Part shown: in pieces, positions 1 to 12,294 of the stretch
How the letters are laid out: each line of letters begins with the position of its first letter
How positions within the stretch are numbered: position 1 is the first letter of the stretch
Assembly (NCBI RefSeq): GCF_032444005.1
Contig: NC_091284.1
Span: forward strand, 826,522,001 to 826,586,000
Reading direction: 5' to 3'
DNA from: Ranitomeya imitator
Lineage: Eukaryota
DNA: 64,000 nt
Program-made: the position numbers and the translations under genes
Notes under the pieces: model-generated
The model's input: the letters and a program-made list of their open reading frames with translations, nothing else
The model's database searches: none
What the model was told of the DNA's origin: nothing

Positions 1-929
1 GCTTCATTGTCTCCGGACCAGACTGCTGCGGCTGCAGCATCTCCGGACTTGTCTTCCATTGAGCACATTGGGGACATCATTAGTCGGTGATTACACAGGA
101 GCTGCCAGCATCAGATCTTGGGTGATTTGCCCAAGTGCAGAACCTTCCTCAGATGACCATTAATGACCTCAGTGATAGCAGCCGAGGCTGGAGGTGCCGG
201 GATTTCAGTATGAGGCTCAGACTCCAGAGTGAAGAAATCCAGAGGTTGTGAATGTTTCCATCATGTACAGATGAGTGACGTCTCCATCCTGTGATTTCCA
301 TCATCCCACTTTTCATTCTTAGTGCTGTTGTTGTCGAGTGCATTTTTAAACTGTTTTTTTATTACTTTTAGTTTAGATTTTAATTCTGGAATTTCAAGTT
401 TTCAGCATTCTGTAGGATAGGAGATAACTTAGTTATATCTGGGGATCCAACTGCTGAGACCCCCAGTGATGCAGAGATCGGGGGCCTGACCTTTGCTCCA
501 TTCATTACATATGGGACTGCTGGAGATGGTTGAACAGTGCTGCTCTTGCTGTGGCCGTCCAATAGACAATGAATGCAGAACCTCTCCGGTTCTTCTGGCT
601 CTGGACTCCCAGGGATCTCTAAGTTTTGTTGTATCATGGAAAGGGCAGAACCTTGAATCTTGGGAATACCCCTTTAATTGCTTCTTTATTACACTGTAAT
701 CCTTCCATTATTCAGCAGCACACAGGAGACCTGTCAGCCATTATTTCCCCCCAACGGCAGTGTGGCCTGGGATCCCTGTGATTAACCACTTACCTGCTGA
801 GGCTCCTACTGAACGCAGCGGGTATAAACTGATCACAGTGATCTCTGATCCTGTACCATACACCAACCTCAGAGCCTGCACAGACACCTATATGTAATGG
901 ATATATAGTCCACGCTGCCAAGGACTTAA

Positions 930-1178
930 AGGGGCTGTCGCCTCAGGAAAAGCGGCTTTCTCTCGATCCATGGTTATGTGCGGTATCGAAGCTCAGCTCA
1001 ATAAACTTCAAAAAGCCGGAGTGATGTCGTTTCTGGGAGGAAGACGCCATGTTTTTCCGATCCCTTTAAGTGTAAGGAGACAATATAAAGTAACAATTGA
1101 TCAGCGGTGATGTTGGCTCTATTTTCCTGCTGCTCCACCTCGCAATCTGAGGACTTAGGTGCAATATGGACATTCCCT
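930..1178. mobile_element. Kolobok/T2-type MITE
   Basis: TTAA|AGGGG...CCCT|TTAA termini with a TTAA target duplication. Confidence 0.55.
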
Positions 1179-1249
1179 TTAAGTGCAGGTACCGGCTTCC
1201 TATAGCGATCCAGCACATTATTAAGATGTCGGCAGCTCCAGACTCAGCT

Positions 1250-1593
1250 GAGGTGAAGTTCCGGCCTCCCCTCCCCGAGCAGCGGCCCCTTACCACACAC
1301 AGCTCCGCGCACCACACGGGGCACAGACACCACTTTCACGTTACATGGAGCCGGGCGCAGGCTGATGACGTCAGCACTCCAGACACTAGAGGTCAAACTC
1401 TGGGACACCGCAACCAATAGAGACTCGTACGGCAGGACGCTGTGTCGCTGACTGATGACGCACGGGTCACATGACACAACAGCCGCTGCCGTCCTGCAGG
1501 CTCCTCCTCCCGTGCTCTCCGTGCTGCACTGTGCACTCCGGCCGCTTCCGCCACCGCCGCCTCTTGTTCTCCGGTGTTTCTGGAGCCCGTTGG
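1250..1593 (+). promoter_or_regulatory. CpG-rich promoter and non-coding first exon of the + strand KRAB-ZNF gene
   Basis: CpG-dense segment with a full CRE TGACGTCA (1366-1373), CCAAT (1414-1418), ETS-like CTTCCG near 1545 and a strong donor TGG|GTAAGT at 1593/1594. Confidence 0.6.
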
Positions 1594-1744
1594 GTAAGTG
1601 TCGCCACTGTGAGTGCAGGGCGGGGCCGACACCATCTTGTTGGTGGGTTACAGTCCAGTGTGGGTATGTGAGGCCCCCGGTGTCCATCTGCTCCTGACCG
1701 CTCCGGCCACATAGACTGAGAATCCCCGCAATATTATCAATAAC

Positions 1745-3358
1745 TGCCCCCATAACTGTGCGTCACCCACAGATCCCCCATAACTGTGCGTCCTCCACAG
1801 ATCCCCCAAAACTGCGTCCTCCACAGATCCCCCATAACAGTGCGTCCTCCACAGATCCCCCATAACAGTGCGTCCTCCACAGATCCCCCATAACTGCGTC
1901 ATCCACAGATCCCCCATGTCCGTCCTCCACAGATCCCCCATAAATGTGCGTCATGCACAGACCCCCATAACAGTGCATCATCCACATATCCCCCATAAAA
2001 ATGCATCATCCACAGATCCCCCATAACAGTGTACCATCCACAGATCCCCCATAACAGTGCATCCTCCACAGATCCCCCATAACTGTGCGTCCTCCACAGA
2101 TCCCCCATAACTGTGCGTCCTCCACAGATCCCCCATAACAGTGCACCCTCCACAGATCCCTCATAACAGTGCATCCTCCACAGATCCCCCATAACTGTGC
2201 GTCCTCCACAGATCCCCCATAACTGTGCGTCCTCCACAGATTCCCCATAACAGTGCGTCCGCCACAGATCCCCAATAACAGTGCGTCATCCACAGATCCC
2301 CCATAACAGTGCGTCATCCACAGATCCCCCATAACAGTGCGTCCTCCACAGATCCCCCATAACAGTGCATCATCCACATATCCCCCATAAAAATGCATCA
2401 TCCACAGATCCCCCATAACAGTGTACCATCCACAGATCCCCCATAACAGTGCATTCTGCACAGATCCCCCATAACTGTGCGTCCTCCACAGATCCCCCAT
2501 AACTGTGCGTCCTCCACAGATTCCCCATAACAGTGCGTCCGCCACAGATCCCCCATAACAGTGCGTCCGCCACAGATCCCCCATAACAGTGCGTCCTCCA
2601 CAGATCCCCCATAACAGTGCGTCCTCCACAGATCCCCCATAACAGTGCGTCCTCCACAGATCCCCCATAACAGTGCGTCCTCCACAGATCCCCCATAACT
2701 GTGCGTCCTCCACAGATTCCCCATAACAGTGTGTCCGCCACAGATCCCCAATAACAGTGCGTCATCCACAGATCCCCCATAACAGTGCGTCACCCACAGA
2801 TCCCCCATAACAGTGCGTCCTCCACAGATCCCCCATAACAGTGTGTCCTCCACAGATCCCCCATAACAGTGCGTCCTCCACAGATCCCCCATAACAATGC
2901 GTCCTCCACAGATCCCCATAACAGTGCGTCCTCCACAGATCCCCCATAACAGTGCGTCCTCCACAGATCCCCCATAACAGTGCGTCCTCCACAGATCCCC
3001 CATAACAGTGCGTCCTCCACATATCCCCCATAACAGTGCATCCTCCACAGATCCCCATAACAGTGCGTCCTCCACATATCCCCCATAACAGTGCGTCCTC
3101 CACAGATCCCCCATAACAGTGCGTCCTCCACAGATCCCCCATAACAGTGCATCCTCCACAGATCCCCCATAACAGTGCGTCCTCCACAGATCCCCCATAA
3201 CAGTGCGTCCTCCACAGATCCCCCATAACAGTGCGTCCTCCACATATCCCCCATAACAGTGCGTCCTCCACAGATCCCCATAACAGTGCGTCCTCCACAG
3301 ATTCCCCATAACAGTGCGTCCTCCACAGATCCCCCATAACAGTGTGTCCTCCACAGAT
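1745..3358. repeat. 28-bp minisatellite (~57 copies) in intron 1 of ZNF gene 1
   Basis: Unit ATCCCCCATAACAGTGCGTCCTCCACAG; period of 28 read directly (e.g. 2583 to 2611). Confidence 0.97.
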
Positions 3359-3377
3359 CCGCCCTCGTCTCAGGATC

Positions 3378-6300
3378 ATGCATGTCTGTACGGAGCACAG
3401 ACGGGTCTCGGACTTCTTGCACCATTCTCTGATGATGAGTAAGGACAAGATCGAGGTGACCGGGAAGATTCTGAACCTCACGCTGGAGATCATTTTCCTG
3501 CTGACAGGAGAGGTAAGTGGAGGCCGAGATAAGAGGAAGGAGCAGTCATGGAAGACAGGACTCGCCGGCACCTCAACACTTTCCTATAAACTCTGCTGCC
3601 CCTTATTTGTGCTCCCTTGAACTTTACCTTTAGTGATCGGGCAGAGCGCGGATGAATGCTCATTGGATTAGCGGTAGCATTTCTCTCCACACTAACACCC
3701 AGCAGCTGAAAGGAACAGACAGGCTGCAGCCTATGGTCATAATGGAGGTGTGCAGGGACCAAAGCTAAACACTAGTGTGTGGGGGGAGGAGTGTCTGTCA
3801 GTGCAGTGCTGATGGAGCCTTCAGTGGCAGTTGTTAAATGTTTGGATGCAGCTTTGGATGTGACTGGAGTACAAGACATTAACTATAAACTTACTATGAG
3901 AATAGTCACAGCAGAAAGTGTCATCGGCCCCCAACTATTCCAAATAGCACGAAATACTGAGGCTTCTGTGGCAGCAGGATGTTGAAATTGAGGATCAGTG
4001 GAGGCAGGATGTAGATATTGAGGATCAGTGGCGGCAGGATGTAGATATTGAGGATCAGTGGCGGCACGATGTAGATATTGAGGATCAGTGGCGGCACGAT
4101 GTAGATATTGATGTAGATGTTGAGGATCGGTGGCGGCACGATGTAGATATTGAGGATCAGTGGCGGCACGATGTAGATATTGAGGATCAGTGGCGGCATG
4201 ATGTAGATATTGAGGATCAGTGGCGGCAGGATGTAGATATTGATGTAGATGTTGAGGATCAGTGGCGGCAGGATGTAGATATTGAGGATCAGTGGCGGCA
4301 GTATGTAGATATTGATGTAGATGTTGAGGATCAGTGGCGGCAGGATGTAGATATTGAGGATCAGTGGCGGCAGTATGTAGATATTGAGGATCAGTGACGG
4401 CAGGATGTAGATATTGAGGATCAGTGGCGGCAGTATGTAGATATTGAGGATCAGTGACGGCAGGATGTAGATATTGAGTATCAGTAACGGCAGGATGTAG
4501 GTATTGAGGATCAGTGGCGGCACGATGTAGATATTGATGTAGATGTTGAGGATCAGTGGCGGCAGGATGTAGATATTGAGGATCAGTGGCGGCAGTATGT
4601 AGATATTGAGGATCAGTGACGGCAGGATGTAGATATTGAGGATCAGTGGCGGCAGTATGTAGATATTGAGGATCAGTGACGGCAGGATGTAGATATTGAG
4701 GATCAGTAACGGCAGGATGTAGATATTGAGGATCAGTGGCGGCAGTATGTAGATATTGAGGATCAGTGACAGCAGGATGTAGATATTGAGGATCAGTAAC
4801 GGCAGGATGTAGATATTGAGGATCAGTGGCGGCAGGATGTAGATATTGAGGATCAGTGGCGGCAGGATGTAGGTATTGAGGATCAGTGGCGGCAGGATGT
4901 AGGTATTGAGGATCAGTGACGGCAGGATGTAGGTATTGAGGATCAGTGGCGGCAGGATGTAGATATTGAGGATCAGTGGCGGCAGTATGTAGATATTGAG
5001 GATCAGTGAAGGCAGGATGTAGATATTGAGGATCAGTGGCGGCAGTATGTAGATATTGAGGATCAGTGACGGCAGGATGTAGATATTGAGGATCAGTGGC
5101 GGCACGATGTAGATATTGAGGATCAGTGGCGGCACGATGTAGATATTGATGTAGATGTTGAGGATCAGTGGCGGCACGATGTAGATATTGAGGATCAGTG
5201 GCGGCACGATGTAGATATTGAGGATCAGTGGCGGCATGATGTAGATATTGAGGATCAGTGGCGGCAGGATGTAGATATTGATGTAGATGTTGAGGATCAG
5301 TGGCGGCAGGATGTAGATATTGAGGATCAGTGGCGGCAGTATGTAGATATTGAGGATCAGTGGCGGCAGTATGTAGATATTGAGGATCAGTGACGGCAGG
5401 ATGTAGATATTGAGGATCAGTGGCGGCAGTATGTAGATATTGAGGATCAGTGACGGCAGGATGTAGATATTGAGGATCAGTAACGGCAGGATGTAGGTAT
5501 TGAGGATCAGTGGCGGCACGATGTAGATATTGATGTAGATGTTGAGGATCAGTGGCGGCAGGATGTAGATATTGAGGATCAGTGGCGGCAGTATGTAGAT
5601 ATTGAGGATCAGTGGCGGCAGTATGTAGATATTGAGGATCAGTGACGGCAGGATGTAGATATTGAGGATCAGTAACGGCAGGATGTAGGTATTGAGGATC
5701 AGTGGCGGCACGATGTAGATATTGATGTAGATGTTGAGGATCAGTGGCGGCAGGATGTAGATATTGAGGATCAGTGGCGGCAGTATGTAGATATTGAGGA
5801 TCAGTGACGGCAGGATGTAGATATTGAGGATCAGTGGCGGCAGTATGTAGATATTGAGGATCAGTGACAGCAGGATGTCGATATTGAGGATCAGTGGCGG
5901 CAGGATGTAGATATTGAGGATCAGTGGCGGCAGGATGTAGGTATTGAGGATCAGTGGCGGCAGGATGTAGGTATTGAGGATCAGTGACGGCAGGATGTAG
6001 GTATTGAGGATCAGTGACGGCAGGATGTAGATATTGAGGATCAGTGACGGCAGGATGTAGGTATTGAGGATCAGTGGCGGCAGGATGTAGATATTGAGGA
6101 TCAGTGGCGGCAGTATGTAGATATTGAGGATCAGTGACGGCAGGATGTAGATATTGAGGATCAGTGGCGGCACGATGTAGATATTGAGGATCAGTGGCGG
6201 CACGATGTAGATATTGATGTAGATGTTGAGGATCAGTGGCGGCACGATGTAGATATTGAGGATCAGTGGCGGCACGATGTAGATATTGAGGATCAGTGGC

Positions 6301-9300
6301 GGCATGATGTAGATATTGAGGATCAGTGGCGGCACGATGTAGATATTGAGGATCAGTGGCGGCACGATGTAGATATTGATGTAGATGTTGAGGATCAGTG
6401 GCGGCACGATGTAGATATTGAGGATTAGTGGCGGCACAATGTAGATATTGAGGATCAGTGGCGGCATGATGTAGATATTGAGGATCAGTGGCGGCAGTAT
6501 GTAGATGTTGAGGATCAGTGGCGGCACGATGTAGATATTGAGGATCAGTGGCGGCAGTATGTAGATATTGAGGATCAGTGGCGGCATGATGTAGTCAGAT
6601 ATTGAGGATCAGTGGCGGCAAGATGTAGATATTGATGTAGATGTTGAGGATCAGTGGTGGCAGGATGTAGATATTGAGGATCAGTGGCGGCAGTATGTAG
6701 ATATTGAGGATCAGTGGCGGCAGGATGTAGATATTGAGGATCAGTGGCGGCACGATGTAGATATTGATGTAGATGTTGAGGATCAGTGGTGGCAGTATGT
6801 AGATATTGAGGATCAGTGACGGCAGTATGTAGATATTGAGGATCAGTGATGGCAGGATGTAGATATTGAGGATCAGTGGCGGCATGATGTAGATATTGAG
6901 GATCAGTGGCGGCACGATGTAGATATTGATGTAGATGTTGAGGATCAGTGGTGGCAGGATGTAGATATTGAGGATCAGTGGCGGCAGTATGTAGATATTG
7001 AGGATCAGTGGCGGCATGATGTAGATATTGAGGATCAGTGGCGGCACGATGTAGATATTGATGTAGATGTTGAGGATCAGTGGTGGCAGGATGTAGATAT
7101 TGAGGATCAATGGCGGCAGTATGTAGATATTGAGGATCAGTGACGGCAGTATGTAGATATTGAGGATCAGTGACGGCAGGATGTAGATATTGAGGATCAG
7201 TGACGGCAGGATGTAGGTATTGAGGATCAGTGACGGCAGGATGTAGATATTGAGGATCAGTGACGGCAGGATGTAGGTATTGAGGATCAGTGGCGGCAGG
7301 ATGTAGATATTGAGGATCAGTGGCGGCAGTATGTAGATATTGAGGATCAGTGACGGCAGGATGTAGATATTGAGGATCAGTAACGGCAGGATGTAGGTAT
7401 TGAGGATCAGTGGCGGCAGGATGTAGATATTGATGTAGATGTTGAGGATCAGTGGCGGCACGATGTAGATATTGAGGATCAGTGGCGGCAGGATGTAGAT
7501 ATTGATGTAGATGTTGAGGATCAGTGGCGGCAGGATGTAGGTATTGAGGATCAGTGGCGGCAGGATGTAGGTATTGATGTAGATGTTGAGGATCAGTGGC
7601 GGCAGGATGTAGATATTGATGTAGATGTTGAGGATCAGTGGTGGCACGATGTAGATGTTGAGGATCAGTGGCGGCACGATGTAGATATTGAGGATCAGTG
7701 GCGGCAGGATGTAGATATTGAGGATCAGTGGCGGCACGATGTAGATATTGAGGATCAGTGGCGGCAGGATGTAGATATTGAGGATCAGTGACGGCAGGAT
7801 GTAGATATTGAGGATCAGTGACGGCAGGATGTAGGTATTGAGGATCAGTGGCGGGAGGATGTAGATATTGATGTAGATGTTGAGGATCAGTGGCGGCACG
7901 ATGTAGATATTGAGGATCAGTGGCGGCATGGTGTAGATATTGAGGATCAGTGGCGGCATGGTGTAGATATTGAGGATCAGTGGCGGCACGATGTAGATAT
8001 TGAGGATCAGTGGCGGCAGGATGTAGATATTGATGTGGATGGTGGTTTGGATCTGATGCTTCTCCACCGTGTGACACCAGTTCTTTCTTGTACAGGATTT
8101 TGTCCTCAGGAAGAGACAGAACGACCAATCCACAGACGACTGCCAGTTGTGTTTATCAGACGGATCCACCAAGGATCGAATTCCAAGTGAGCAACGTCCA
8201 TGTCCGTCCCCAGCACACGAGGAGACCCCAGAACCTGGCGAGACCCCGCACAGTTCAGACGAGGAGGTGGGCATATTGTCTCCTCTGCAGCTACCGACAT
8301 GATAGGAGAATGAGGATTCCGGTGTCTTCATCGGGTTTCTCTTCTGATCCTCAGATTCCTGTGCGGTGCGAGGACGTCGCTGTCTTCTTCTCCGTGGAGG
8401 AGTGGAAATATCTCGAAGGACATAAGGAACGTTACAAGGATGTGGTGCCTGGGAATAACCCTCCTCCAGGATCTGCTGGTATTTAATCATCACCTTTAAT
8501 AGCGTGCATTCCTCTTTAAATACCGTCTTACGCACTTCTATCCATTCCCCAGGCTGTGACGAGGTCAGTGCTGCCGAGACGGCAGCAGATGAAGGCATGA
8601 ATACCCTCCAGGTGGATGCAGCCGCTGACGCCCCTCTCCCAGGTCAGCGGCATAAACAGTTGCTTACTATCTGCTTTGTGTATACAGCTCCTATGCAGAG
8701 TCATATGTCTCCATGGTTACAGACCACAGATCAGTGTGGTCGGATTATGGATTACTCTGCAAAAAAGGGGCATAATCATGGAAACGTATGAGTCTGCATG
8801 TGATCTTCCAAAAATAATTACTACAAACCTGCCATTGGGTTCTCTCCAGAATTCAGTCTGCACAGCACTGCCGTAAAGTGAGACGTACAACAAGGGAGGC
8901 ATCATCCTATTGTGTGGCCATTGTGAAAACTATCTCTGCACCACATAGGCTCATGCCTGTCTATTCCCCACAGGTGGACACATCCCGACAAAGCCCCCCG
9001 AAAGCATTAAGAGCCCCCTTGTTATCGAGGAAGACCCGGAGGAAGATACCAGGATGGTGACGCAGGAATATCAGGTGCAAGGACCTGTCCAGCCTCTCAC
9101 CATCACCCCCAGCTCCGTCAGACAGGTCACATGGGACCACGTTTCCCTGCCCTGTTGACTCCTTAGCAGTCAGTAGAGTCCTGGAGGCGGAGCAATGCTG
9201 TCATGTGACCCCTCTCAGGGTCCCCGATTGGCCATTCTCACTATGTAGAAAGCTCCACCGCTAACATTATATTATACATATTATAAACCTGTCCCTGTGT

Positions 9301-11115
9301 TTTTTTTGTGACAGGCTCATCTGGTAAAAGAGATCTCACCGCCCCGGTGCAAAGAGGAAGACGCCCCTGTACAGATCAGCTCAGGTGAGACGCAATCATC
9401 CGCAGAAGAAAAGAAAAGTTATAGATGAAGAAAAGAGATAAATTGCTCATGGCGGGAAGGGGTTAACATAGCAATTGTTCAATTCTCCATAATATTCTAT
9501 AATCTGACACCAGTAATCACCTATCGATGGCGGATTTTCCAGCATTTCCACATTTTTCCATCATGGGGCTCCTGTAAACTTTAGAATATAACACTACGGC
9601 CAAGAGGTGTCATTCTCTGGCTCCTACAGATTACCTGCAGCAGGGGCCCCGGACATGGAAGGGGCCCCTCCATGGGTGATGCACTTGCTTCAAACGTGCG
9701 TGTCCCTTTCCCACAGGTGACCACGGATCGGTGAACTCCCCCGAAATAAGTGGGAGCCCTATCTGTATAGAGGATGATACCGAGATGATCCTAGAGGAAT
9801 ATCAGGTACTGAGACCCTTTCTACCTTTAACTCTGCACATTTTGATTTTCAGCCATTTTTTTTATTTTTAGACATTTCTACTTGTCCCTGTCATATTAAA
9901 TTATCAGATCTGTACAGTCGATGTAGACATATATATATATATGTATGATCTTTGTGACACATCTCGTATTACAGGCTGAAGCTGGAGACATTGCGCTGCC
10001 CGACTGGTGTAAGGAAGAACGAGATCCCCCTAAGAGGCGCTCAGGTGAGTACTGAGACCCTGCTGTGATGGTGGTGTGCTTCCATAGCTGAGAGCTAGCA
10101 AATACTGGATATTCCTGCATATACTAGACATTTCCAGCACCTGACTAGCTCCTCATGGGCGGGGCTGCAGTATGGGAGGGGCTCTACATCGAAGATTATT
10201 CACCTTCTCCCCTTTGACTATATTACAGGTCTACCAACCACCTGGAAAGTGCAGCCGGAATCCCCCCACCTGTTAATTCCTATCCACCATAAAAATGGAG
10301 TTATCCCAACTAAGCAGAAAGGCAATACTTCCCGTGACTGCTCCCCCAAAATGGTAGTGGTAAAACCCAAGAATGCTCAGAATGAAGCTCCGCCCCTGAG
10401 GAGCAAGACAAATTTACCAACCTTGCTTCGGAATACCCCCCATGTGGACGCCTCATCCAGTAATCTAATGACATACAGGGGTGGGGCCGTAAATGTCGCA
10501 CCGGCCCTGGAGATCCTCACGGCCCATAAATGTCTGCAGTGCGGTCGGGGCTTCCGAAGCGAGAGCGACCTGATCTCTCACCACAGGACGCACGAGAAAG
10601 TCTACCACTGCGCCTTGTGTCAGCAGACCTTCATGGATAAATCCGCCCTGGTGGTCCACGAGTGGAGCTTTCACCTTCACGAACCCAAGGTGGGGGAACC
10701 GCAGCCGAGACAAGCTCCAAAAGAAGAAAGGCCGTTCTCCTGCTTGGAATGCGGGAAGTCGTTCATGAAGAAGTCGAGCCTGGTGAAGCATCAGAGGATC
10801 CACACCGGCGCCTTCGCCTGCCCCGACTGCGGGAAGTGTCTGTCGGACAAGACGGGTCTCATTATTCACCGGAGGACTCACACGGGAGAGAAGCCCTTTT
10901 CTTGCTCCGAGTGCGGGAGACGGTTCACCCAGATGTGCCACCTCATCACCCATCAGAGCGTCCACACGGGCAAAGGTTCCTTCATTTGCTCCGATTGCGG
11001 GAAGTGTTTTTCGATCAGATCGGTTTTGGAAGCCCACCAGGCCCTCCACAATCGGCACAGAGTGCAGAGATTCGAGCTTACGGCCCACGTGAAGGACTCA
11101 GACTCCACGTCCTGA
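3378..11115 (+). CDS. KRAB-domain C2H2 zinc-finger protein (amphibian oocyte/gastrula XlCOF-like family), ~578 aa
   Basis: Coding exons 3378-3512 (MHVC...ILNLTLEIIFLLTGE), 8096-8266, 8355-8478 (KRAB: IPVRCEDVAVFFSVEEWKYLEGHKERYKDV), 8553-8642, 8974-9074, 9315-9384, 9717-9805, 9975-10044, 10229-11115. All introns are GT-AG with compatible phases; total 1737 nt. The last exon has 6 C2H2 fingers, including a TGEKPF linker. Probable non-coding exon 1 ends at 1593 (G|gtaagt). Confidence 0.88.
3975..8035. repeat. 30-bp minisatellite (~130 copies, with 42-bp variant units) in intron 2 of ZNF gene 1
   Basis: Unit GATGTAGATATTGAGGATCAGTGGCGGCAG; variant units carry an extra GATGTAGATRTT 12-mer. Confidence 0.97.
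10229..11115 (+). CDS. Terminal zinc-finger exon of the + strand KRAB-ZNF gene
   Basis: ORF 10249-11115 contains CLQC..HHRTH, CALC..HEWSFH, CLEC..HQRIH, CPDC..HRRTH, CSEC..HQSVH and CSDC..HQALH; acceptor tattacag| at 10228. Confidence 0.95.
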
Positions 11116-11457
11116 TCCCGAAGGGGCTCACATTCCAGAAGAGCTGCTCATGTCTAGAATCCCCACCCTGACTACTAACCCTGAACGGATGCCCGCCCGG
11201 ACATTCCACCAATTCGCTGATCAACCATTGGCCTATTGCATTCTGATGAATTCGATCTCTCCGCTTTTTCAAAAAGGGGCGTAAAAATTGGCAAAAGTCA
11301 TAACACTTCAATCAGTTTTACAGAAAGAGTTCTGGTTAAATCTGATGATTCCGAGCCGGAAAAGTCCTAGAAAGTTAATGCCTGTAAGGTAAATAGGTGG
11401 GAGAACTTCCAAAATACATAAGCCCAAAGGGTAATATATAATAATCTTTATTAAATA

Positions 11458-12294
11458 CCGTATTTTTCGGACCATAAGACGCACCGGACCATAAGACGCA
11501 CCCCAAATTTGGGGTGAAAATTGCAGAAAAAAAGATTTTTTTTTTATAATATGGGGGTCCGTCTTATTGTTCGAATTTACAGTATCTTACCTGAGGGCTG
11601 GCGGTGGCAGAGCAGGGTCACAGGAGGCATGGTGTCAGTAGAGGTGGGGTGATGCGGTATGGCGTGCACCTGAGCAGGGTCCCTTCCTGCTTAGGTGGGC
11701 GACGCCACGGACTGGTATCCATGGGGGGGTTGCAGCAGTGGTGTGGCGACGGCAGAGGTGCGGGGATAATGAGCGGTATGACGTGAGCAGGCTCCCTTCC
11801 ACATGTGAGGTGATGCAGCAGCCAGGTAAACAGCAGAGCCGGGTTAATTACCGGTTTATCGGTGGCACGGCCTTCTTCCTGAGGCTGCGCGTGCGCAGAT
11901 GGAGATCGCGGCGGCCATTTTCCTGAAGCTGAGATCTAAATCTGCGAACTCTGCTTCAGGAAAATGGCCGCCGCGATCTCCATCTGTGCACGCGCGGCCA
12001 TTTTCCTGAAGCCCAGGGAAGCAGAGCGCTCCATCTGCGCACGCGCGGCCTCAGGAAGATGGCCGCCGCCTCAGATAAACCACTAATTAACCCGGCTCTG
12101 CTGCTTACTGGGCTGCTGCATCACCTCACCTGTGGAAGGGACCCCACTCACGCCATACTGCCTCCTCATCCCCGCACCTCTGCCGCCGCCGCACCACTGC
12201 CGGTAAGCCTGCATTACGACTATAAAACGCACCCCCCATTTTCCCCCCTTTTTTTGGGGGGGAAAAAGTGCTTCTTATAGTCGGGAAAATACGG
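11458..12294. mobile_element. Non-autonomous Tc1/mariner (Tc2/pogo-like) MITE with an internal palindrome
   Basis: TA|CCGTATTTTTCGGACCATAAG ... CTTATAGTCGGGAAAATACGG|TA; ~11790-11930 is inverted at ~11950-12140. Confidence 0.85.

Noticed and set aside
1-345. Coding-looking minus-strand stretch that could be a divergent gene upstream of ZNF gene 1
   Set aside because: All frames contain stops, there is no convincing acceptor or recognisable domain, and it is cut by the window edge.
1763-3571. ORFs with GDLWRTHCYGGSVEDALLWGICG repeats
   Set aside because: Translation of the 28-bp minisatellite; the frame cycles because 28 is not a multiple of 3.
3921-8598. Long ORFs of 888, 517 and 667 aa (PPLILNIYI / HPAATDPQY repeats)
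   Set aside because: Stop-free frames of a 30-bp intronic minisatellite, antisense to a well-supported gene; no domain content.
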